From: Azolla caroliniana
Taxonomy: Eukaryota > Plantae > Polypodiophyta
DNA: 64,000 nucleotides
Direction of reading: 5' to 3'
Assembly: GCA_043228905.1 (NCBI GenBank)
Contig: JBHGNT010000109.1
Coordinates: 1-64,000 of the forward strand
Shown here: positions 1 through 10,469 of the stretch, in pieces
Position numbering within the stretch: the stretch's first letter is position 1
Layout: every line of letters starts with the position of its first letter
Translations under genes and position numbers: made by a program
Notes under the pieces: generated by a model
What the model saw: only the letters and a program-made list of their open reading frames with translations
Told to the model about the DNA's origin: nothing
Databases searched by the model: none

Positions 1-12
1 CGTCGCTTCTAA
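1..12 (+). CDS. 3' end (RRF-stop) of a further copy of the 2S-albumin-like gene, truncated by the window edge
   Basis: CGTCGCTTCTAA is identical to the last 4 codons of the 261-aa ORF, followed by the same 3' flank. Confidence 0.85.
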   Translation, partial: RRF

Positions 13-514
13 ATAGTACATAAACCTTGTTCAAATTATTCTCGTGGTCTCTCTCTAATTTCTCGTAAGTGTTTACGAACAAGTGCGTCTCCCCAATCGC
101 GCATTACACCCACACGAACGTAAACACGAGCACCAACGTCCCTCCAACACGAACGTAGACACGACCACCAACGTATAGAATTTGCCTATAGGGACCGCAA
201 ACCACCCAAACGGAAAAAAAACATCAAAGCGGAACACCCACCCATACCGCACACGCCACGGCAACGGCTAAGGTCAACTTGTACACGCGGCGAATGTGAA
301 CTTGCTTCCACACTTGCCCGATAGGACACTCCTAGTGTGGTAGTCCGGTTAGCTTTCCTTGTCGTCGTCGTTACCAACCCCTCGTCCGAACGAGCGAGTA
401 CGGACACCGGTCTATCTACGTTCATCGATGTAGCACACTCGGGAGCCACCACTCGTCCCGCAGTAGCCTCCGCGTGCTTAGTGTCTCGGCACTAGCGCGT
501 GCTAGTTTAATGTG

Positions 515-811
515 CACGTGCCCGCACACCCCTACGCGCACGCGCGAGTGCGCACATCTACCTACGTATGTATAAATGTTATGTTGCTCGACAAGCTCTC
601 GCGCGAGGAGGAGGAGGAGTACCCGCCACAGGTTGCGCCCAGATTGTCTGGTGACAATACGACACCTAGGACTAGCCTAGACGTGTGGGAGGGTGGACTA
701 GTTGGTATGGGTCTTGGGCAAGAGTTGTACGCAGGGACACACACGTTATGGTAATGGGAGTGGTGAGTGACATGCATGTGCTCTGATTGCATGGCCATGT
801 GTATATATTAA
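515..811 (+). promoter_or_regulatory. Maturation-type promoter of the storage-protein gene (repeated in each unit at +1652n)
   Basis: G-box CACGTG 515-520, ABRE-like GACGTGTGG 680-688, ACACGT 741-746, perfect RY CATGCATG 771-778, TGCATG 789-794, TATATATTAA 802-811; ATG at 879. Confidence 0.75.
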
Positions 812-878
812 AGGTGGAGGGAGCAATGTCAATACAATCCATTAGGAGACAAGCACCGGGATCATAAGGACAATCGCA

Positions 879-1664
879 ATGGCAAAGCTTACTTCCGTAT
901 TCCTCATGGCCGTGATCATGCTCGCCGCGTGTACCGCGGCCAATGCTAGGTCTGTAGGGCGGGACCGTGAAGAGGAGCGACGCGATCGACGTCGTGAGGG
1001 AGACATTGACGAGGAGAGGCGCGACCGACGCCGAGAGGGGGAGTGCGATGACGAGAGGCGCGAGCGACGTCGTGAGGGGTTCCTTGAGGAGGGGCGCCGC
1101 TACAGAGACAACAAGAGAGACTCCGAAGAGGAAAGGGAACGTCGTAGCCGTGGTCGCGATGAGCCACGTGACGAGGAACTGAGGCGAGAGTGCGGTGATT
1201 TCATCGACAAGCAGATCCGAGAGCTACAAGAGCGCTCCGAAAGAGAGGAAGGTGAACAAGGACGTCGCTCCCCATGGATCGAAAACACTCGATACTCAAG
1301 ACCCTCGGAACGGTGCTGCAGGAACGTCGAACGAATCCCCGCCGAAGATCGATGCGATCGCCTACGTGATGCCTTGTATGCTGACGAGGAGGAACGACGC
1401 AATGATGAAGGCCGACGCCATGGCCAACAATCAAGGGAACACCGTAGCTGGGAGGAAGAGGACGAGGAGCGCGAGAGAGATAGCAGCCGTGAGCGACGAG
1501 AGGGTGACGAACGCCGCCACCGCATGTCTCGACGACAAGAGGACGAACGTCAACAACGTCGCCAATTCAAGGCCGATGACGAGGAAAGAGCTCTAGGCGT
1601 CGCCGCCTCCCGCCTACTCCAACAGTGCGATCTTCGCCCTCGTGCTTGTATTCGTCGCTTCTAA
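879..1664 (+). CDS. Secreted Arg/Glu-rich 2S albumin-like (prolamin superfamily) storage protein, 261 aa, copy 1
   Basis: Hydrophobic signal peptide (MAKLTSVFLMAVIMLAACTAANA), EERRDRRREG repeats, Cys skeleton C105..CC146/147..C159..C250..C257 (ERCCRNVERIPAEDRC...ASRLLQQCDLRPRAC), intronless, RY/ABRE promoter. Confidence 0.85.
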   Translation: MAKLTSVFLMAVIMLAACTAANARSVGRDREEERRDRRREGDIDEERRDRRREGECDDERRERRREGFLEEGRRYRDNKRDSEEERERRSRGRDEPRDEELRRECGDFIDKQIRELQERSEREEGEQGRRSPWIENTRYSRPSERCCRNVERIPAEDRCDRLRDALYADEEERRNDEGRRHGQQSREHRSWEEEDEERERDSSRERREGDERRHRMSRRQEDERQQRRQFKADDEERALGVAASRLLQQCDLRPRACIRRF

Positions 1665-2530
1665 ATAGTACATAAACCTTGTTCAAATTATTCTCGTGGT
1701 CTCTCTCTAATTTCTCGTAAGTGTTTACGAACAAGTGCGTCTCCCCAATCGCGCATTACACCCACACGAACGTAAACACGAGCACCAACGTCCCTCCAAC
1801 ACGAACGTAGACACGACCACCAACGTATAGAATTTGCCTATAGGGACCGCAAACCACCCAAACGGAAAAAAAACATCAAAGCGGAACACCCACCCATACC
1901 GCACACGCCACGGCAACGGCTAAGGTCAACTTGTACACGCGGCGAATGTGAACTTGCTTCCACACTTGCCCGATAGGACACTCCTAGTGTGGTAGTCCGG
2001 TTAGCTTTCCTTGTCGTCGTCGTTACCAACCCCTCGTCCGAACGAGCGAGTACGGACACCGGTCTATCTACGTTCATCGATGTAGCACACTCGGGAGCCA
2101 CCACTCGTCCCGCAGTAGCCTCCGCGTGCTTAGTGTCTCGGCACTAGCGCGTGCTAGTTTAATGTGCACGTGCCCGCACACCCCTACGCGCACGCGCGAG
2201 TGCGCACATCTACCTACGTATGTATAAATGTTATGTTGCTCGACAAGCTCTCGCGCGAGGAGGAGGAGGAGTACCCGCCACAGGTTGCGCCCAGATTGTC
2301 TGGTGACAATACGACACCTAGGACTAGCCTAGACGTGTGGGAGGGTGGACTAGTTGGTATGGGTCTTGGGCAAGAGTTGTACGCAGGGACACACACGTTA
2401 TGGTAATGGGAGTGGTGAGTGACATGCATGTGCTCTGATTGCATGGCCATGTGTATATATTAAAGGTGGAGGGAGCAATGTCAATACAATCCATTAGGAG
2501 ACAAGCACCGGGATCATAAGGACAATCGCA

Positions 2531-3316
2531 ATGGCAAAGCTTACTTCCGTATTCCTCATGGCCGTGATCATGCTCGCCGCGTGTACCGCGGCCAATGCTA
2601 GGTCTGTAGGGCGGGACCGTGAAGAGGAGCGACGCGATCGACGTCGTGAGGGAGACATTGACGAGGAGAGGCGCGACCGACGCCGAGAGGGGGAGTGCGA
2701 TGACGAGAGGCGCGAGCGACGTCGTGAGGGGTTCCTTGAGGAGGGGCGCCGCTACAGAGACAACAAGAGAGACTCCGAAGAGGAAAGGGAACGTCGTAGC
2801 CGTGGTCGCGATGAGCCACGTGACGAGGAACTGAGGCGAGAGTGCGGTGATTTCATCGACAAGCAGATCCGAGAGCTACAAGAGCGCTCCGAAAGAGAGG
2901 AAGGTGAACAAGGACGTCGCTCCCCATGGATCGAAAACACTCGATACTCAAGACCCTCGGAACGGTGCTGCAGGAACGTCGAACGAATCCCCGCCGAAGA
3001 TCGATGCGATCGCCTACGTGATGCCTTGTATGCTGACGAGGAGGAACGACGCAATGATGAAGGCCGACGCCATGGCCAACAATCAAGGGAACACCGTAGC
3101 TGGGAGGAAGAGGACGAGGAGCGCGAGAGAGATAGCAGCCGTGAGCGACGAGAGGGTGACGAACGCCGCCACCGCATGTCTCGACGACAAGAGGACGAAC
3201 GTCAACAACGTCGCCAATTCAAGGCCGATGACGAGGAAAGAGCTCTAGGCGTCGCCGCCTCCCGCCTACTCCAACAGTGCGATCTTCGCCCTCGTGCTTG
3301 TATTCGTCGCTTCTAA
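2531..3316 (+). CDS. 2S albumin-like storage protein, copy 2
   Basis: Identical translation to copy 1. Confidence 0.85.
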   Translation: MAKLTSVFLMAVIMLAACTAANARSVGRDREEERRDRRREGDIDEERRDRRREGECDDERRERRREGFLEEGRRYRDNKRDSEEERERRSRGRDEPRDEELRRECGDFIDKQIRELQERSEREEGEQGRRSPWIENTRYSRPSERCCRNVERIPAEDRCDRLRDALYADEEERRNDEGRRHGQQSREHRSWEEEDEERERDSSRERREGDERRHRMSRRQEDERQQRRQFKADDEERALGVAASRLLQQCDLRPRACIRRF

Positions 3317-4182
3317 ATAGTACATAAACCTTGTTCAAATTATTCTCGTGGTCTCTCTCTAATTTCTCGTAAGTGTTTACGAACAAGTGCGTCTCCCCAA
3401 TCGCGCATTACACCCACACGAACGTAAACACGAGCACCAACGTCCCTCCAACACGAACGTAGACACGACCACCAACGTATAGAATTTGCCTATAGGGACC
3501 GCAAACCACCCAAACGGAAAAAAAACATCAAAGCGGAACACCCACCCATACCGCACACGCCACGGCAACGGCTAAGGTCAACTTGTACACGCGGCGAATG
3601 TGAACTTGCTTCCACACTTGCCCGATAGGACACTCCTAGTGTGGTAGTCCGGTTAGCTTTCCTTGTCGTCGTCGTTACCAACCCCTCGTCCGAACGAGCG
3701 AGTACGGACACCGGTCTATCTACGTTCATCGATGTAGCACACTCGGGAGCCACCACTCGTCCCGCAGTAGCCTCCGCGTGCTTAGTGTCTCGGCACTAGC
3801 GCGTGCTAGTTTAATGTGCACGTGCCCGCACACCCCTACGCGCACGCGCGAGTGCGCACATCTACCTACGTATGTATAAATGTTATGTTGCTCGACAAGC
3901 TCTCGCGCGAGGAGGAGGAGGAGTACCCGCCACAGGTTGCGCCCAGATTGTCTGGTGACAATACGACACCTAGGACTAGCCTAGACGTGTGGGAGGGTGG
4001 ACTAGTTGGTATGGGTCTTGGGCAAGAGTTGTACGCAGGGACACACACGTTATGGTAATGGGAGTGGTGAGTGACATGCATGTGCTCTGATTGCATGGCC
4101 ATGTGTATATATTAAAGGTGGAGGGAGCAATGTCAATACAATCCATTAGGAGACAAGCACCGGGATCATAAGGACAATCGCA

Positions 4183-4968
4183 ATGGCAAAGCTTACTTCC
4201 GTATTCCTCATGGCCGTGATCATGCTCGCCGCGTGTACCGCGGCCAATGCTAGGTCTGTAGGGCGGGACCGTGAAGAGGAGCGACGCGATCGACGTCGTG
4301 AGGGAGACATTGACGAGGAGAGGCGCGACCGACGCCGAGAGGGGGAGTGCGATGACGAGAGGCGCGAGCGACGTCGTGAGGGGTTCCTTGAGGAGGGGCG
4401 CCGCTACAGAGACAACAAGAGAGACTCCGAAGAGGAAAGGGAACGTCGTAGCCGTGGTCGCGATGAGCCACGTGACGAGGAACTGAGGCGAGAGTGCGGT
4501 GATTTCATCGACAAGCAGATCCGAGAGCTACAAGAGCGCTCCGAAAGAGAGGAAGGTGAACAAGGACGTCGCTCCCCATGGATCGAAAACACTCGATACT
4601 CAAGACCCTCGGAACGGTGCTGCAGGAACGTCGAACGAATCCCCGCCGAAGATCGATGCGATCGCCTACGTGATGCCTTGTATGCTGACGAGGAGGAACG
4701 ACGCAATGATGAAGGCCGACGCCATGGCCAACAATCAAGGGAACACCGTAGCTGGGAGGAAGAGGACGAGGAGCGCGAGAGAGATAGCAGCCGTGAGCGA
4801 CGAGAGGGTGACGAACGCCGCCACCGCATGTCTCGACGACAAGAGGACGAACGTCAACAACGTCGCCAATTCAAGGCCGATGACGAGGAAAGAGCTCTAG
4901 GCGTCGCCGCCTCCCGCCTACTCCAACAGTGCGATCTTCGCCCTCGTGCTTGTATTCGTCGCTTCTAA
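4183..4968 (+). CDS. 2S albumin-like storage protein, copy 3
   Basis: Identical translation to copy 1. Confidence 0.85.
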   Translation: MAKLTSVFLMAVIMLAACTAANARSVGRDREEERRDRRREGDIDEERRDRRREGECDDERRERRREGFLEEGRRYRDNKRDSEEERERRSRGRDEPRDEELRRECGDFIDKQIRELQERSEREEGEQGRRSPWIENTRYSRPSERCCRNVERIPAEDRCDRLRDALYADEEERRNDEGRRHGQQSREHRSWEEEDEERERDSSRERREGDERRHRMSRRQEDERQQRRQFKADDEERALGVAASRLLQQCDLRPRACIRRF

Positions 4969-5834
4969 ATAGTACATAAACCTTGTTCAAATTATTCTCG
5001 TGGTCTCTCTCTAATTTCTCGTAAGTGTTTACGAACAAGTGCGTCTCCCCAATCGCGCATTACACCCACACGAACGTAAACACGAGCACCAACGTCCCTC
5101 CAACACGAACGTAGACACGACCACCAACGTATAGAATTTGCCTATAGGGACCGCAAACCACCCAAACGGAAAAAAAACATCAAAGCGGAACACCCACCCA
5201 TACCGCACACGCCACGGCAACGGCTAAGGTCAACTTGTACACGCGGCGAATGTGAACTTGCTTCCACACTTGCCCGATAGGACACTCCTAGTGTGGTAGT
5301 CCGGTTAGCTTTCCTTGTCGTCGTCGTTACCAACCCCTCGTCCGAACGAGCGAGTACGGACACCGGTCTATCTACGTTCATCGATGTAGCACACTCGGGA
5401 GCCACCACTCGTCCCGCAGTAGCCTCCGCGTGCTTAGTGTCTCGGCACTAGCGCGTGCTAGTTTAATGTGCACGTGCCCGCACACCCCTACGCGCACGCG
5501 CGAGTGCGCACATCTACCTACGTATGTATAAATGTTATGTTGCTCGACAAGCTCTCGCGCGAGGAGGAGGAGGAGTACCCGCCACAGGTTGCGCCCAGAT
5601 TGTCTGGTGACAATACGACACCTAGGACTAGCCTAGACGTGTGGGAGGGTGGACTAGTTGGTATGGGTCTTGGGCAAGAGTTGTACGCAGGGACACACAC
5701 GTTATGGTAATGGGAGTGGTGAGTGACATGCATGTGCTCTGATTGCATGGCCATGTGTATATATTAAAGGTGGAGGGAGCAATGTCAATACAATCCATTA
5801 GGAGACAAGCACCGGGATCATAAGGACAATCGCA

Positions 5835-6620
5835 ATGGCAAAGCTTACTTCCGTATTCCTCATGGCCGTGATCATGCTCGCCGCGTGTACCGCGGCCAAT
5901 GCTAGGTCTGTAGGGCGGGACCGTGAAGAGGAGCGACGCGATCGACGTCGTGAGGGAGACATTGACGAGGAGAGGCGCGACCGACGCCGAGAGGGGGAGT
6001 GCGATGACGAGAGGCGCGAGCGACGTCGTGAGGGGTTCCTTGAGGAGGGGCGCCGCTACAGAGACAACAAGAGAGACTCCGAAGAGGAAAGGGAACGTCG
6101 TAGCCGTGGTCGCGATGAGCCACGTGACGAGGAACTGAGGCGAGAGTGCGGTGATTTCATCGACAAGCAGATCCGAGAGCTACAAGAGCGCTCCGAAAGA
6201 GAGGAAGGTGAACAAGGACGTCGCTCCCCATGGATCGAAAACACTCGATACTCAAGACCCTCGGAACGGTGCTGCAGGAACGTCGAACGAATCCCCGCCG
6301 AAGATCGATGCGATCGCCTACGTGATGCCTTGTATGCTGACGAGGAGGAACGACGCAATGATGAAGGCCGACGCCATGGCCAACAATCAAGGGAACACCG
6401 TAGCTGGGAGGAAGAGGACGAGGAGCGCGAGAGAGATAGCAGCCGTGAGCGACGAGAGGGTGACGAACGCCGCCACCGCATGTCTCGACGACAAGAGGAC
6501 GAACGTCAACAACGTCGCCAATTCAAGGCCGATGACGAGGAAAGAGCTCTAGGCGTCGCCGCCTCCCGCCTACTCCAACAGTGCGATCTTCGCCCTCGTG
6601 CTTGTATTCGTCGCTTCTAA
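5835..6620 (+). CDS. 2S albumin-like storage protein, copy 4
   Basis: Identical translation to copy 1. Confidence 0.85.
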   Translation: MAKLTSVFLMAVIMLAACTAANARSVGRDREEERRDRRREGDIDEERRDRRREGECDDERRERRREGFLEEGRRYRDNKRDSEEERERRSRGRDEPRDEELRRECGDFIDKQIRELQERSEREEGEQGRRSPWIENTRYSRPSERCCRNVERIPAEDRCDRLRDALYADEEERRNDEGRRHGQQSREHRSWEEEDEERERDSSRERREGDERRHRMSRRQEDERQQRRQFKADDEERALGVAASRLLQQCDLRPRACIRRF

Positions 6621-7486
6621 ATAGTACATAAACCTTGTTCAAATTATTCTCGTGGTCTCTCTCTAATTTCTCGTAAGTGTTTACGAACAAGTGCGTCTCC
6701 CCAATCGCGCATTACACCCACACGAACGTAAACACGAGCACCAACGTCCCTCCAACACGAACGTAGACACGACCACCAACGTATAGAATTTGCCTATAGG
6801 GACCGCAAACCACCCAAACGGAAAAAAAACATCAAAGCGGAACACCCACCCATACCGCACACGCCACGGCAACGGCTAAGGTCAACTTGTACACGCGGCG
6901 AATGTGAACTTGCTTCCACACTTGCCCGATAGGACACTCCTAGTGTGGTAGTCCGGTTAGCTTTCCTTGTCGTCGTCGTTACCAACCCCTCGTCCGAACG
7001 AGCGAGTACGGACACCGGTCTATCTACGTTCATCGATGTAGCACACTCGGGAGCCACCACTCGTCCCGCAGTAGCCTCCGCGTGCTTAGTGTCTCGGCAC
7101 TAGCGCGTGCTAGTTTAATGTGCACGTGCCCGCACACCCCTACGCGCACGCGCGAGTGCGCACATCTACCTACGTATGTATAAATGTTATGTTGCTCGAC
7201 AAGCTCTCGCGCGAGGAGGAGGAGGAGTACCCGCCACAGGTTGCGCCCAGATTGTCTGGTGACAATACGACACCTAGGACTAGCCTAGACGTGTGGGAGG
7301 GTGGACTAGTTGGTATGGGTCTTGGGCAAGAGTTGTACGCAGGGACACACACGTTATGGTAATGGGAGTGGTGAGTGACATGCATGTGCTCTGATTGCAT
7401 GGCCATGTGTATATATTAAAGGTGGAGGGAGCAATGTCAATACAATCCATTAGGAGACAAGCACCGGGATCATAAGGACAATCGCA

Positions 7487-8272
7487 ATGGCAAAGCTTAC
7501 TTCCGTATTCCTCATGGCCGTGATCATGCTCGCCGCGTGTACCGCGGCCAATGCTAGGTCTGTAGGGCGGGACCGTGAAGAGGAGCGACGCGATCGACGT
7601 CGTGAGGGAGACATTGACGAGGAGAGGCGCGACCGACGCCGAGAGGGGGAGTGCGATGACGAGAGGCGCGAGCGACGTCGTGAGGGGTTCCTTGAGGAGG
7701 GGCGCCGCTACAGAGACAACAAGAGAGACTCCGAAGAGGAAAGGGAACGTCGTAGCCGTGGTCGCGATGAGCCACGTGACGAGGAACTGAGGCGAGAGTG
7801 CGGTGATTTCATCGACAAGCAGATCCGAGAGCTACAAGAGCGCTCCGAAAGAGAGGAAGGTGAACAAGGACGTCGCTCCCCATGGATCGAAAACACTCGA
7901 TACTCAAGACCCTCGGAACGGTGCTGCAGGAACGTCGAACGAATCCCCGCCGAAGATCGATGCGATCGCCTACGTGATGCCTTGTATGCTGACGAGGAGG
8001 AACGACGCAATGATGAAGGCCGACGCCATGGCCAACAATCAAGGGAACACCGTAGCTGGGAGGAAGAGGACGAGGAGCGCGAGAGAGATAGCAGCCGTGA
8101 GCGACGAGAGGGTGACGAACGCCGCCACCGCATGTCTCGACGACAAGAGGACGAACGTCAACAACGTCGCCAATTCAAGGCCGATGACGAGGAAAGAGCT
8201 CTAGGCGTCGCCGCCTCCCGCCTACTCCAACAGTGCGATCTTCGCCCTCGTGCTTGTATTCGTCGCTTCTAA
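7487..8272 (+). CDS. 2S albumin-like storage protein, copy 5
   Basis: Identical translation to copy 1. Confidence 0.85.
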   Translation: MAKLTSVFLMAVIMLAACTAANARSVGRDREEERRDRRREGDIDEERRDRRREGECDDERRERRREGFLEEGRRYRDNKRDSEEERERRSRGRDEPRDEELRRECGDFIDKQIRELQERSEREEGEQGRRSPWIENTRYSRPSERCCRNVERIPAEDRCDRLRDALYADEEERRNDEGRRHGQQSREHRSWEEEDEERERDSSRERREGDERRHRMSRRQEDERQQRRQFKADDEERALGVAASRLLQQCDLRPRACIRRF

Positions 8273-9138
8273 ATAGTACATAAACCTTGTTCAAATTATT
8301 CTCGTGGTCTCTCTCTAATTTCTCGTAAGTGTTTACGAACAAGTGCGTCTCCCCAATCGCGCATTACACCCACACGAACGTAAACACGAGCACCAACGTC
8401 CCTCCAACACGAACGTAGACACGACCACCAACGTATAGAATTTGCCTATAGGGACCGCAAACCACCCAAACGGAAAAAAAACATCAAAGCGGAACACCCA
8501 CCCATACCGCACACGCCACGGCAACGGCTAAGGTCAACTTGTACACGCGGCGAATGTGAACTTGCTTCCACACTTGCCCGATAGGACACTCCTAGTGTGG
8601 TAGTCCGGTTAGCTTTCCTTGTCGTCGTCGTTACCAACCCCTCGTCCGAACGAGCGAGTACGGACACCGGTCTATCTACGTTCATCGATGTAGCACACTC
8701 GGGAGCCACCACTCGTCCCGCAGTAGCCTCCGCGTGCTTAGTGTCTCGGCACTAGCGCGTGCTAGTTTAATGTGCACGTGCCCGCACACCCCTACGCGCA
8801 CGCGCGAGTGCGCACATCTACCTACGTATGTATAAATGTTATGTTGCTCGACAAGCTCTCGCGCGAGGAGGAGGAGGAGTACCCGCCACAGGTTGCGCCC
8901 AGATTGTCTGGTGACAATACGACACCTAGGACTAGCCTAGACGTGTGGGAGGGTGGACTAGTTGGTATGGGTCTTGGGCAAGAGTTGTACGCAGGGACAC
9001 ACACGTTATGGTAATGGGAGTGGTGAGTGACATGCATGTGCTCTGATTGCATGGCCATGTGTATATATTAAAGGTGGAGGGAGCAATGTCAATACAATCC
9101 ATTAGGAGACAAGCACCGGGATCATAAGGACAATCGCA

Positions 9139-9924
9139 ATGGCAAAGCTTACTTCCGTATTCCTCATGGCCGTGATCATGCTCGCCGCGTGTACCGCGGC
9201 CAATGCTAGGTCTGTAGGGCGGGACCGTGAAGAGGAGCGACGCGATCGACGTCGTGAGGGAGACATTGACGAGGAGAGGCGCGACCGACGCCGAGAGGGG
9301 GAGTGCGATGACGAGAGGCGCGAGCGACGTCGTGAGGGGTTCCTTGAGGAGGGGCGCCGCTACAGAGACAACAAGAGAGACTCCGAAGAGGAAAGGGAAC
9401 GTCGTAGCCGTGGTCGCGATGAGCCACGTGACGAGGAACTGAGGCGAGAGTGCGGTGATTTCATCGACAAGCAGATCCGAGAGCTACAAGAGCGCTCCGA
9501 AAGAGAGGAAGGTGAACAAGGACGTCGCTCCCCATGGATCGAAAACACTCGATACTCAAGACCCTCGGAACGGTGCTGCAGGAACGTCGAACGAATCCCC
9601 GCCGAAGATCGATGCGATCGCCTACGTGATGCCTTGTATGCTGACGAGGAGGAACGACGCAATGATGAAGGCCGACGCCATGGCCAACAATCAAGGGAAC
9701 ACCGTAGCTGGGAGGAAGAGGACGAGGAGCGCGAGAGAGATAGCAGCCGTGAGCGACGAGAGGGTGACGAACGCCGCCACCGCATGTCTCGACGACAAGA
9801 GGACGAACGTCAACAACGTCGCCAATTCAAGGCCGATGACGAGGAAAGAGCTCTAGGCGTCGCCGCCTCCCGCCTACTCCAACAGTGCGATCTTCGCCCT
9901 CGTGCTTGTATTCGTCGCTTCTAA
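9139..9924 (+). CDS. 2S albumin-like storage protein, copy 6
   Basis: Identical translation to copy 1. Confidence 0.85.
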   Translation: MAKLTSVFLMAVIMLAACTAANARSVGRDREEERRDRRREGDIDEERRDRRREGECDDERRERRREGFLEEGRRYRDNKRDSEEERERRSRGRDEPRDEELRRECGDFIDKQIRELQERSEREEGEQGRRSPWIENTRYSRPSERCCRNVERIPAEDRCDRLRDALYADEEERRNDEGRRHGQQSREHRSWEEEDEERERDSSRERREGDERRHRMSRRQEDERQQRRQFKADDEERALGVAASRLLQQCDLRPRACIRRF

Positions 9925-10469
9925 ATAGTACATAAACCTTGTTCAAATTATTCTCGTGGTCTCTCTCTAATTTCTCGTAAGTGTTTACGAACAAGTGCGT
10001 CTCCCCAATCGCGCATTACACCCACACGAACGTAAACACGAGCACCAACGTCCCTCCAACACGAACGTAGACACGACCACCAACGTATAGAATTTGCCTA
10101 TAGGGACCGCAAACCACCCAAACGGAAAAAAAACATCAAAGCGGAACACCCACCCATACCGCACACGCCACGGCAACGGCTAAGGCTAAGGCATTTAGTT
10201 AGGTTAATGTTAATAGTGATGTGGTGATATGATGCTCGAACTCATGACCCTTGGGATATCGATGTATGGACATAACCACTAAAACAATGGGTTTGTAGTG
10301 TGGATAATGTTATATATTAACGTTTTGATTAGAGTATAATCGATAATAATTCAAGCTAGTTTTATTTAAATGCTAGGATCTGCGCTTCCTTATTTAATAT
10401 CGGATACCCTCAGTAGTCTGTTACTTATAGCGCCACTACATAATCTGATTGGAATGTGCAGGAGTATTT

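Larger units (their letters stand above)
1..10185 (+). repeat. Tandem gene array, 1652-bp unit (6 full units 274-10185 plus partial unit 1-273; continues beyond the left edge)
   Basis: Every ORF in the track recurs at exact 1652-bp steps with identical translation. The array ends at ...GGCAACGGCTAAGG (10185), followed by CTAAGG and unrelated AT-rich DNA. Confidence 0.98.

Noticed and set aside
73-1596. Small overlapping and antisense ORFs in the repeat unit (63-141 aa)
   Set aside because: These are shadow frames of the GC-rich R/E-coding gene and spacer, often with non-ATG starts and no recognisable motifs.
1-10185. 5S/45S rDNA, histone cluster or CRISPR array as the identity of the tandem repeat
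   Set aside because: No 5S or rRNA sequence or histone ORF is recognisable, and the units are whole 1652-bp copies with no unique spacers.
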